Shown here: piece by piece, positions 1 through 61,825 of the stretch
How positions within the stretch are numbered: position 1 is the stretch's first letter
Layout: each line of letters begins with the position of its first letter
Assembly (NCBI RefSeq): GCF_009914755.1
Contig: NC_060939.1
Length of the DNA stretch: 64,000 bases
Direction: 5' to 3' (one strand)
Source: the human T2T-CHM13v2.0 reference genome, Homo sapiens
Program-made: the position numbers and the translations under genes
The notes under the pieces: generated by a model
Told to the model about the DNA's origin: nothing
Database searches by the model: none
The model's input: only the letters and a program-made list of their open reading frames with translations

Positions 1-519
1 TTTGTTTATGTTTAAAGAGACATTGTATATAGCTATTAACCTTACTGCTTTTTGTCTGCTTGATCTATCAGTTTCTTAAGGAGTCGGTTAAAAATCTCAT
101 GCTAGATTTTCCTTTTAGTTATTTCAGCATTATGAGGCTATGTTATAAGGTGCGAACATTTAGAATTGTTATATATTCTTTATGATTGAAAGCAGTTATA
201 ATTTATATCCTGAGTTTATCTCTATTATTTTTGTTTGAATCTACCTTGTCTATAAAGTGGTACTAGCTTTAATTTTATTAGCAGTTGTCTGAGCTATCTA
301 CCCACCTATCTGTCTATGTCTGTATCTATCTACTTCTATCTAGTTTTTATTCTTTTGTTTTCAACTACACACACACCTACTTATGTATGTGTGAATGTGT
401 ATGTGAATGACTTTTTCTTTTTGAACTGTTTGTCTTCTTTTATTTTACCTGTATATTTCTTAAATGGTTTATGGTTGGATTTACAATGTAAATCTGTCTT
501 GACAATCTTTGCTTCTTAG

Positions 520-640
520 ATGAATCTCTTTAAAATTATTTTTATTATTATATTTAAAATTATTAAAAATTATCTTTAAAATTATATTTATCTTTAAAAT
601 TATATTTAACCTCTTAAATTATAAGTAAAATTATTTCATG
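520..640. repeat. AT-rich low-complexity tract with recurring tctttaaaattat unit
   Basis: Seen directly. Confidence 0.7.
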
Positions 641-759
641 TTTAATACTTATTCCATTTTCCCTGTTTTATTCTCTGCTTTCTTATCTTTTTATTGATTA
701 TATTTTCTCATTCCCTTTCTCCTCCTCTATTGATTCTGTTTCTAATTCTATTTCTGTGA

Positions 760-1082
760 TTTTTTTTCTTTCTTTCTTTTTTTTTTTTTTTTTTTTGAGG
801 CAGAGTCTCACTCTATCACCCAGGCTGGAGCGCAGTGGTGCAGTCTCCATTCACGGCAAACTCCACCCCCTGGGTTCAAGCCGTTCTCCTGCCTCAGCCT
901 CCCAAGTGGCTGGGATTACAGGCGCCCACCACCACACCTTGCTAATTTTTGTATTTTTAGTAGAGTTGGGGTTTTGCCATGTTGCCCAGGCTGGTCTTGA
1001 ACTCCTGAGCTCAAGTGATCTGCCCGCTTCTGCATCCCAAAGTGCTGGGATTACAGACAGACATAAGCCACCGCACCTGGAC
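760..1082 (-). mobile_element. Alu SINE
   Basis: polyT followed by gaggcagagtctcactct...cccaaagtgctgggattaca. Confidence 0.95.
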
Positions 1083-2042
1083 CTATTTCTGTGATTTTAT
1101 GGTGAACTCAGAAAATTTGGCATGTATATGAAGGTTTTCAAAGTGCAAAAGTTATTAATTTTTACTTTTACCCTCTTCCTGAATAACAGAAAAACCATTG
1201 AATATTTTCACCCCAATAGTATGTTTTCCTGGTTCATATCCTTTTGTTAATAGGTAAATTGCTCCATTTTTATTTGTAAAACCATAACATATTATTATTA
1301 CTTCAGTCACTTTTTGTTTAGATTTACCTGAATATCAACTCTTTCTTTTAATCATCATTCTTTGCCTCACAGGCCTTCATCTTGGGTCACTTCTCTTCTT
1401 TCTAAAGAAAAAAATATTTTTGGAATTTCTTTTAGTGAGAGTATATTGGTGGCAAACTCCCTTGGGATTTTTTTTTTCTGTCTGTAAAGACCTTTATTTT
1501 ACTCATTTTTGAAGATATTTTAGCTGGTATACAATTCTATGTTGATGATTACACTGAACTAATCATTACACTGCTATATGACTTATACAATTGCTGTTGA
1601 GAAATGAGCTTTAAGTTTGATTTTTGCCCTTTTGAAGTTAATCTGTCTTTTCTCTCTGGCTGCTGTTTTAAAATCTTCTATATGTTTTAGTGTTTTGCAG
1701 TTTTGCTAAGAACTATCTAGATATGCTTTTTTAATTTATCTTATTTGGGATTTGTTGGGTTTCATGAATTGATGCATTTCTTCAGGACTGAAAGATTTTT
1801 AATAATTACGTGAAGTATAATTCTACCTTATTATTCCTATTCCCTTCTTGTGGAACACTGATTAGATGTTAGGCTTTGTCACTCTATCTTACATGTTTCT
1901 TTACCTCTCTTTTATGTTTTCTTTATGTTGCCATCTGAGTATTTTGTTAGATATATATTCCAATTCTTTCATCCTCTCTTTAACACTGTCTAATACACTT
2001 TTCATCCATCTATTTAATTTTTAATATGAATAATTTTTTTAA

Positions 2043-2534
<492 letters not shown>

Positions 2535-3219
2535 TAGGACCTTGTTTCAATGTGTGTTTTATCTTATGTTTTATTTTGCTTTGATTTTTTTTTCTGTGAC
2601 AGCTCATATGTTTTGTCATCTTGTGGGGAGTTTTGTGACTGAAGTCAAAGCTGGTTCCTGCAGAGAAGATTCAAATTTGTTTCTGCCAGGTATTGGGGCA
2701 CCACCAGCCTGGAATCATTTTAAACTAAATTCTTATCTAGAGGCTTTAAAAAGATGTCCATATGTATTAATTAGGGTTGCCAACTCTTGAAAAGGCCATC
2801 TGGTAATGATTATTCCTCTGGGGGGAAGATTTTCCTCCTTCCATTCAGGGTCATTTCCAGATTAATTGTTTTTATGCATTTCCTGAGGGAGGGGATTAAT
2901 TTATTTCCAATTCAAACTTAAAATGAAGATATAATCCTTTGGGGCTCCCTTTTTATCCAAGAGAAGTATCCTGTTAAACTCTCTTTCCTAGGAAGGGACT
3001 GGTATTTCTCTTCTCTTCCCAATATCCCATAAGGCTATGAAAGACAAAGTTCAAGTTCAACCAGTTCATCAAATTATCTCAGAGCAACCTCCAGCTTCTG
3101 GGCTCTGCTTGTTTCTCAGAAAAACTATGGTACAGCTTTTATTTACTTTTTGGCCTCCAGGTATTCCTTACCCATTTGCTATTTTGTTGATACATTTACA
3201 TCCCATGCAACCTTTCTAC

Positions 3220-3603
<384 letters not shown>

Positions 3604-4516
3604 TGATGATGAACATCTTTGTATAGACATCTTTGTGCACCTTGTCCAGTTAGTTTCTATAATAAATTTCTAGAATATAAAAAGAAAGCGACAGAACTGA
3701 GGAATATTTGGAAAATAGCTTGGCACTGCTTGTAGACTAACTAGATTCTTAGGGCTCTTGATAGTCATTGCATATATTACTTTGCTTACTCCTTTCAAAA
3801 ATCCCACTGGAACTAGCATAATGGAAACTCTACTGAGAGTCATTTCTATTAAGTAAATAAAAATATAGACACTGTTTCTGGAAAAAAATAGCCAATTATT
3901 TTAATATTACCTACAGTTTTTTTTCAAGAGGAACTTCTCCCAAATTATTAACAGAAATAATTTCTTAGTAACATAATGCTGTAATGTGTTTGGAAAAACA
4001 CGTAAGATGAGTCAAGATGAAGAGCAATGAAAAACTGGTCCTATCAGGTTTGAAAACAACTGTAAACAACTATGGATATTTTAATCCTTCCTAGGGTCTG
4101 ATTGGTGGAGAAGTCCATGGTTTTCTCAGGAGACAGCTATTTGTCTGGGGACATCACTACAAAGGTTCTGTAAATCAATTCTAAATTGATTCCAGAAGGA
4201 TGAAGGAGAGAATGGATGGGTAACTATACAAACAGCAGGAAATACCAGGATTCACTGGTAGGAAGTGGACTAACAAAGTGCAATGGAGATTTGGGGCTAT
4301 CTGGGTAGTGTCAGAGGAGAAGGGATGTTGAATGACATACCAAGGGGTTTGGATTTGGACTTGAATTCGTGAAAGACAGAGCCATTAGTTTTAATCAGAA
4401 AGTTTCATGGGTAGCATTTGCATTTTTATAAAATTATGCTGGCAACAAGGTGCAGAGGAATTTAAGGGAGAAAAGATTAAAGGCAGGGAAATTAGGAATA
4501 GATGAGTGAATATTCT

Positions 4517-5764
4517 ATTTTTTAATGGTTTTATTAAGATATTAACTCACATACCACACAATTAAACCATTTAAAGTGTAATGTTAAATGGTTTTTAGTA
4601 TATTTACAGAGTTGTACAACCACACCACTGTCTAGTTTTAGAACATTTTTGTCCCCCGAAAAAGAAACCTCCTGCCCATTAGCTGTTACTCCTTATACCC
4701 CTCATTCCTGCCCGATCCCTAATTACCCACTAATCCACTTTCTATCTATAGATTTGCTTATTCTGGACATAATATAAATAGAATTATACAATATGTGGTC
4801 TCTCGTGACTGGCTTCTTTCGTTTCATTTAATGTTTTCAAGACTCATCCATGTTGTAGCATGTATCAGTTCATTCATTTTAATTGGCAATCTTCTATTAT
4901 ATGGATATATTCCATTTTATTCATCCATTTATCAGGTAATGGACACAGGTTGTTTCTATGTTCTGGATATCATGAATAATGCTGCTTTGAACTTTTTTGT
5001 ACAAGTTTTTGTGTGGTTTTATGTTTTCATTTCCCTTGGGTATATACCTAGGAATGGAACTGCTGCATCATATGGTAACTCTATACTTAACTTTTTGAAA
5101 AACTGACACTGTTTTCCAAACCCCCTGCTCCATTTTACATTTCCATCATCAATGTAAGAGCATTCCAATTTCTCATATCCTCCTTACACTAGCAGGTATA
5201 AAGTGGTTGTGATTATAGCCATCCTAGTGCATGCGAGTGGTATCTCATTGTGGTTTTGATTTGCATTTCCTTGATGGCTAATGATGTTGAATATCTTTTT
5301 ATGTGCTTCTAGTCTCTTGTATATCATTTGAAAAAATGTCTATTCACATTTTTTGCCTATTTATAAAAATTAGGTTATTTGTCTTTTTATTTTTGAGTGG
5401 TAAGCGTCCTTTGTATACTCTAGATACACAAGTCCCTTATCAGATATATGATTTGCAAATATTTTCTCCATTTCTGTAGGTTGTTTTTTCACTTTCTTGA
5501 TGGTGTCCTTTGAGGCACAAAAGTTTTAAATTTTGATGAAGCTCATTTATCTTTTGTCATTTGTGCTTTTTGTATCGTATTGAAGAAGCCTCTCCCTAAC
5601 CCAACCCAAGATTTACTCCTATATTTTCTTTAAGACTTTTATAGTATTAGCTCTCACATATAGATCTATGATCTATTTTGAGGTCCTTTTTGTGTATGGT
5701 GTGATAGAGGAGTCCAGCTTCACTCTTTTGCATGTGAATATCTGGTTGTCCCAGCACTATTTGT
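4517..5764 (-). mobile_element. LINE-1 3' fragment (L1M-type)
   Basis: Typical L1 3' motifs: gggtatatacctaggaatggaactgctg; gtggtatctcattgtggttttgatttgcatttcc; atctggttgtcccagcac. Confidence 0.85.
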
Positions 5765-8356
5765 AAAATATATTTTTAAAATAGTTTTTCTATACCCCCT
5801 AGGGCATTGTATTAATAATAGTCCAATCTAAAACAAATATCCTGAGCTATGCCATTGGCAGTGGGAATGGGTGTGCTGGGGAAGGTTGAGAAGGTAAGAT
5901 TATAAGGACATGGGAACTGCAGTCATGCAGGGGTCGGAGAGTAAGAACTTGAGAAGTTTTAGATTTCTGGTTCCCAACCTTCCCCTCCATATCAGGAGAT
6001 CTGTGGCCTCATCATCCCACATGACATGTGGCCATCCCAGAACCAATCTGCTGGGGCCTACTTGTTTATCCTCATGACTGGAGGATCAAAGCCTGTAGCC
6101 GTATGATCAATTCAACCACAGGAAATAAGCCTCAATCAGGAGGACAGTTGAATTCTATTTTGTGGTTCTCTTAGACTGGAGCAGCTATGGCATCTGAGTT
6201 CAAAGAGAAAATGGTAAGGTTTGGATGGAAGGGGAATGCAGTCAGCCAACTCCAGAAGCATCAGGCTTCTGTCAGTAATGCCAGTGATGTCAGCCAGGGC
6301 TGGCTACATAAAAAATAAACACTCCTAACAGAGCAATGGAATTGTCATGATCTTTGGGGAGAAGTTTAGGCTTTGGAATCACCTTGTTTGCAGGACACAA
6401 TGCCCCAGAATTCTCCATCTTCATTCTGGGTCCATTCCTTGGTTGCATGAGAATCTTGTTTGTTTTTGTTTTTTTCCCCATTTCTTGGAGTTGACTGTTT
6501 AGCCCTAGCAGTCACATGACCAATCCTAACTTTGGAAAAAATATTTAAAGAGTTCTCTGGACAGTTGACCCCATTTCTCGCTCAGTTGCCATGGGGACTG
6601 GCAGATGGAGAGACTGCTACCCAGGTAATTACGGGGTGTATCACCCACAGAACCTCTGCCCAGGGCCACAGTCTCTGATGAGAATAGGGAAAATGTGTTT
6701 AGAAATGATTTTGACAGCCCCTGACCTCGATGACAAATCCTCAGCTCTGACAGCAGCCCCACCTTGAGAGCAGAAACAGAAGAGTTCTGTTCTGTGTGCT
6801 GGGAGGGAGTCACACTGTGCAGACGTTCGTGGGGCTCCTACAGAGAATCCTTTGATGAGAAACCTCTCCACCCAGGACATACTTGCCAGAGAGAGACCAG
6901 ATGCTTTGTTCTTATGTAAGATGTTCTGACATGTGATCATTTGAGAGAGGTGCCCTTTAAACATAACCATCAGTTACTATTAAAAGTAAAGAGCTGAAAG
7001 TGATTTTAGAGATTGTTTAGTTCACCCCTTAGCTTTACTAAAGAGGAAACTGAGCCCAGATAATTGACAAGCTCAGAGTCATGAGAGAGTTAGTGCTGCT
7101 GGTCTCATGACCCTTTCCCTACGACTCATTTCTGATGAAGAAACTGTTTAGCTTGAACAATAACTTGAAATAGTCCCAGAGTATAGATGAGTACTAGACC
7201 CTTGTTGGTGTCGAGAAAACAGAAGGTCCAAAAATGTGTGCACTGCCTCTGTTTCAGGAACCTTTAGGAGTCATATGGCTTTATATGTGTTTCATAGGAA
7301 ATTGCTACTTAGACCTCAACTTGGGTCGAGATAGAACATTTCTATTCTCTCCTATAGTAGCCATCTAATGAGCCACTTCACACCACGGCCATGTTGAAGT
7401 GAAGCACATCAATTTCACAAAACTGTCAAAGAACTTGATTATAGCCTAGTGAGATACACCTTACTGGAGCCTCCAGCTACTTCAGAGACTGGCTGCATGG
7501 CAGTGGGAAGGGAACAACCTTCTGTCATCTGTGTCTGAGATGGCTTTGGTTGGAGGATACAGACTTGTGAAGGAAGGAGAAGGACTCATCTGCATAGCCT
7601 TGCGCATGCACAAGAGGCTACACCTCCCTGCATGTGGAAACTGAGATTGCTGTTCCCAGGTGCCATGGAAAGAAGAGACTGAGCCACTGAAATGTGGAGA
7701 ACTGAGGGGCCAAGTGGGGACCCAGTCGGTTCAGTGTCTTTTGGATAAGGCCTTCTACAGCCAACATTGAAACCCCCAGAGAAAGCTTTCCCTCTAACAC
7801 GGCATTAAGTATTTACAGCTAATCTGGGTGGGCGGGGCAGGGAGAGGCTCCACTTCCTATGATTCTCCTGCCATCAATTGGCTTTACAGGCCAGGCAATT
7901 TCCAACTGTGCCTTGGACTCAGGACTTACAAAGAGGATTAAAAGAAAGATGTTTAAAAATAAGCAGGCTTTAAGTCTACCAATGTGACAATTGAAATAAA
8001 TGTAAAAGTAATCATTTATTTTTGGTTTGATTCTAAAAGTAGTATATTCTCTCTATGGAAAATATAGAAAATACAGAAACATGTGAAAAAATAGTATTCA
8101 TAATCCCATCACCCAAACCCACTCTTGCTAATTCATGAGAGCAAGACCTTGTGTTTCATGTCTGCTGTCACATCCTCAGTACTTGGAACAGTGCCTGGTA
8201 CAGAGTAAGTGCTTAATAAACATTTGTTGAATGAATGAGTGTTACTGTTTTGGTATACTTATTTCCAGCCTTTTTGCCCTTTTTCTATGTATATTTTACA
8301 TGATTGTAGTCAGTCATCATCATTAGATAATATCTTTTTTTAACTTACTATGATAA

Positions 8357-8701
<345 letters not shown>

Positions 8702-10085
8702 TCTACATTTTTAAAGGTGCTTAGTATTCGATGTATTGTGTACACATCATTTACTTATTTACGCTCATGCAGCTAGATATTTGAGATAAAATACAAATTT
8801 CAAAGATCCTTTGCACATAGGGCTTGCTCCTCATGGATAAGTAGACCAACTGGCTGTTTTACTAGGCTTCCTTATGCTCAATGGACCCGAAAAAATTAAT
8901 AAAATCACATTTTATTTTTTACTTTCATAGTCTTACTGGATTACATAAAGAAGTTTTCACTTCTCAGTGCCAGAGGGAGGTCTTGAAATTAGAATCAGGA
9001 CATTACCTTCTCAATCTACTGTAACTAAGAAATATCTTTTGCATATTGTGTTTTATGAAGCATTGAATTCAGAGAACGACTCATTATGCTAAGTTCTGGC
9101 AATACAGAGTCTCAAGAATTCAACTGAACTCAACTACCTTCTCTATAGTCACTGCTTTCTCCCCTTTAAAAGAATTCCCTGGTTAGCCTGGTTATAGAAG
9201 GTAATTTTGTCCAAGTTAATATAGCACCATCTGCTGCTGAAAAGGAGTCCTTCAGGATGAGTTCTCTAGTTTTAAACATTGACTTGTTTAAGAAATAAAA
9301 GGGAATTGACATGTGGTTTCTTGCAGGATCCCCTTGTGTCAGAACTGGAAACAATCTTTTTCAAAAAGACTGAGTGGACTTCTGGCTCCAGTTGGCGACA
9401 GAGTACACTTGATTAACTCCTCCACCTGTTAGAAATTTCTATCAAAATTCAAAAGGAATATACAAATAGGGAGAAATGCATGTCAGAAACAGGAAACCAT
9501 GGAAAGGGGCCAACACATTCTGGAACTCATGAGAACTTTCTGCACGACAAAGTGCAGGTGAGATTGGATTGAGGGAAGGGCTCATTAGCCTGCCATTGAC
9601 CACATAAGAGGGAAAAGCCAAGGGAATGAGGGATTCCAGCAGAGCCCCTCAATACCTACTAGCTCACAGTGGCAGGGGCTGGAGCTGAGGGTGGGTTATT
9701 TGGCACACAGCGAGAGGCAAGCATAGATCCTCCCTCTGCTCTGGAAAATGCACCAGGTGCTGGGTTCTGCAAACCCTTGGCACATGAAATTAACCAGGCA
9801 TTGCTAAGCCTGGCTTCTAAGAAATGCAGTTAAGTCAGTTAGGATAGAGTTATAATAGAGTGTCAGTGTCTCCAACAAACTATACCCTGAAACACTAAGT
9901 CCCAGAAAGCATTTAAGCCATCTAGTTTCCAAGTTGAGTAACCAATATCCAAAGATTCTATACTCAGCCAATCATTCACATGTGACAGCCACAGAAAGAC
10001 ATCCCTAGACATGCAGATATTCAGAGAGCTTTCCTGAAAGAAAACACACACACAGACACACACACAGATGTACACACACACAGAG

Positions 10086-11071
10086 CATGTGCACACACAT
10101 ACAAGAATTATGGTAGAGTAATAAAACCAATATAACTCAAGAGTTAAGTGAAGATCATTGTGGCTAACAAAGTTACAAAATAGAATAACCAGAAAACAGC
10201 TTCAGGAAGAGAAATAAAGTAATTAATACCATCATCCTCATTATCAGTCTCTATCCCTATACCCATCCCTAAAATCTCAGGATGAGGAGAGGGAAGAAAG
10301 TAAAAGTTGTCTCAAAATCTCATCTTAGATGAGGGAGAGTCATGTTTTCTGTTTCATTACTGACCCTGGTATGGAAATGAGTCCAAGTATGTTGTTTAAT
10401 ATACTGCTTACATACTCAATACTATAAAATATTTTCTAAATTATTAGTATAAAAAGAGAGCAAAGAAAATTTGATTGTCTAGTCACGATGACTCACGCCT
10501 GTAATCCTTACACTTTGGGAGGCTGAGGTGGGAGGATCACTTGAGCCCAGGAGTTTGAGATCAGCCTGGGCAACATGATGAAACTCCGTCTCTACAAAAA
10601 ATACATAAACTAGCTGGGCATGCTGGCATGCATCTGTAGTACCAGCTACTCAGGAGGCTGAGTGGGAGGATCTCTGGAGCCCAGGAGGTCAAGGCTGCAG
10701 TGAGCCGAGATCACACCACTGTACTCCAGCCAGACAACAGAGCACCACCCTGTCCTGACCTGCTCTCTCTCTGTCACTCGCGCACGCGCTCTCTCTCTCT
10801 CTCTCTGTCACTCGCTCTCTCTCTCTCTATATATATATATATATTTGTGCATATACGCACACACAACATGTGCACACACACACAAGGATTATGGTAGTGA
10901 GTAATAAAACCAATATAACTCAAGAATTAAGTCAAGATCATTGTGGATAACAAAGTTATAAAATAGAATAACAATCAGAAAACTTTCAGAAAGATAAAAT
11001 AATTAATACCATCATCCTCATTATCAGCCCATATCCCTACACCCATCCCTAAAATTCCAGGATGAGGAGAG
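10086..11071 (+). repeat. Dispersed ~205-bp direct repeat pair (10086-10291 and 10867-11071)
   Basis: About 15 substitutions and 4 small indels counted by eye. Confidence 0.95.
10477..10755 (+). mobile_element. Alu SINE (AluJ-like) with its tail replaced by (CT)n(AT)n
   Basis: ctcacgcctgtaatc...gaggtcaaggctgcagtgagccgag. Confidence 0.92.
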
Positions 11072-11829
11072 ATATATAATAAATTAACATATATATATTT
11101 GATTGATACAGCAAGGTAGAAAAAGGATAAGAGAACCATAAGCAAGTTTAACAATATTGATTTTTAAAAGCCCTAAATTAAATATTTGCATATAGTAATA
11201 AGCAATATAGTAAAATCATAATACCCTTAATAATGCATGGATAGTTCAATATTAAGAAATCCATTTATATAACATTCATTCCGCAAATAGTTGCAAGTGC
11301 CTGTTATGTGCCAGGTATGCCAGAACAATGTAACTTGCTCGATCTTTCTCTCTAAAACATACCTTCCAGGCTCCCTATCCACATTGCTCTCTAGTTCTTT
11401 TCTTCAGAGCACTTATCATTCTCTGTAATTATCTTTCACCTTTATTTTGCTTGTTTATTGTCAGTCATCTTTCACTAAAATGCATTTTCTCCAAGATCAA
11501 CATCCTTGTCTGTCTTGGTCACAGCTATGTGCACAATGTCTAACAAAGAACTTGACATCTAATAGCTGAAGGATTCATTCAATTTGTGTCGCATTAGTTT
11601 ACTATTAATGTAATCTATTCATTCAATATTTGTAATTAAACAAATGAATGTATGTCTATGAGTGAAAGGATGATGGTGATTCTAAATCCCTGCTCTTATA
11701 GTACTTATCATTTCAGTAGGGGAGACAGATAATCTGAGTACTTCTATGGTCAGTGTCAAAATCCAATTTTGCTAAGCACAAGTTTTCTATTCTAACTTGC
11801 TGAATAAAAAGACGGCAATTGTTTTGCAG

Positions 11830-60868
<49,039 letters not shown>

Positions 60869-61135
60869 GCAGGACATGCTGAAGCCAAAGCCAATAACAC
60901 ACAGCTAACACACAGCTCCCATAACCGCTGATTCTCAGGGTCTCTGCTGCCGCCCCACCCAGATGGGGGAAAGCACAGGTGGGCTTCCCAGTGGCTGCTG
61001 CCCAGGCCCAGACCTTCTAGGACGCCACCCAGCAAAAGGTTGTTCCTAAAGTAAGGGCAGAGTCACACGGGGGCAGCTGATACAAATTGCAGACTGTGTA
61101 AAAAGAGAGCTTAATGATAATATTGTGGTGCCACA

Positions 61136-61141
61136 AATAAA
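61136..61141 (+). terminator. IL16 proximal polyadenylation signal AATAAA
   Basis: AATAAA ~270 nt after the stop codon. Confidence 0.75.
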
Positions 61142-61201
61142 ATGGATTTATTAGAATTTCATATGACATTCATGCCTGGCTTCGCAAAATGTTTCAAGTA
61201 C

Positions 61202-61660
61202 TGTAACTGTGTCATGATTCACCCCCAAACAGTGACATTTATTTTTCTCATGAATCTGCAATGTGGGCAGAGATTGGAATGGGCAGCTCATCTCTGTCCC
61301 ACTTGGCATCAGCTGGCGTCATGCAAAGTCATGCAAAGGCTGGGACCACGTGAGATCATTCACTCATACATCTGGCCGTTGATGTTGGCTGGGAACTCAC
61401 CTGGGGCTGCTGGCCTGAATGCTTATAGGTGGCCTCTCCTTGTGGCCTGGGCCTCCTCACAACATGGTGTCTGGATTCCCAGGATGAGCATCCCAGGATC
61501 GCAAGAGCCACGTAGAAGCTGCATCTTGTTTATACCTTTGCCTTGGAAGTTGCATGGCATCACCTCCACCATACTCCATCAGTTAGAGCTGACACAAACC
61601 TGCCTGGGTTTAAGGGGAGAGGAAATATTGCTGGGGTCATTTATGAAAAATACAGTTTGT
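61202..61660 (-). mobile_element. MaLR LTR relic (MLT1-like) in the extended IL16 3'UTR
   Basis: catttatttttctcatgaatctgcaat...ggcctctccttgtggcctgggcctcctcacaacatgg. Confidence 0.7.
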
Positions 61661-61819
61661 CACATGAAACATTTGCAAAATTGTTTTTGGTTGGATTGGA
61701 GAAGTAATCCTAGGGAAGGGTGGTGGAGCCAGTAAACAGAGGAGTACAGGTGAAGCACCAAGCTCAAAGCGTGGACAGGTGTGCCGACAGAAGGAACCAG
61801 CGTGTATATGAGGGTATCA

Positions 61820-61825
61820 AATAAA
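61820..61825 (+). terminator. Candidate distal polyadenylation signal AATAAA
   Basis: AATAAA ~950 nt after the stop, downstream of the LTR relic. Confidence 0.5.

Noticed and set aside
61142-61735. 197-aa ATG ORF in the 3'UTR
   Set aside because: Largely overlaps an MLT1-like LTR relic, has no recognisable homology, and starts immediately after the polyA signal.
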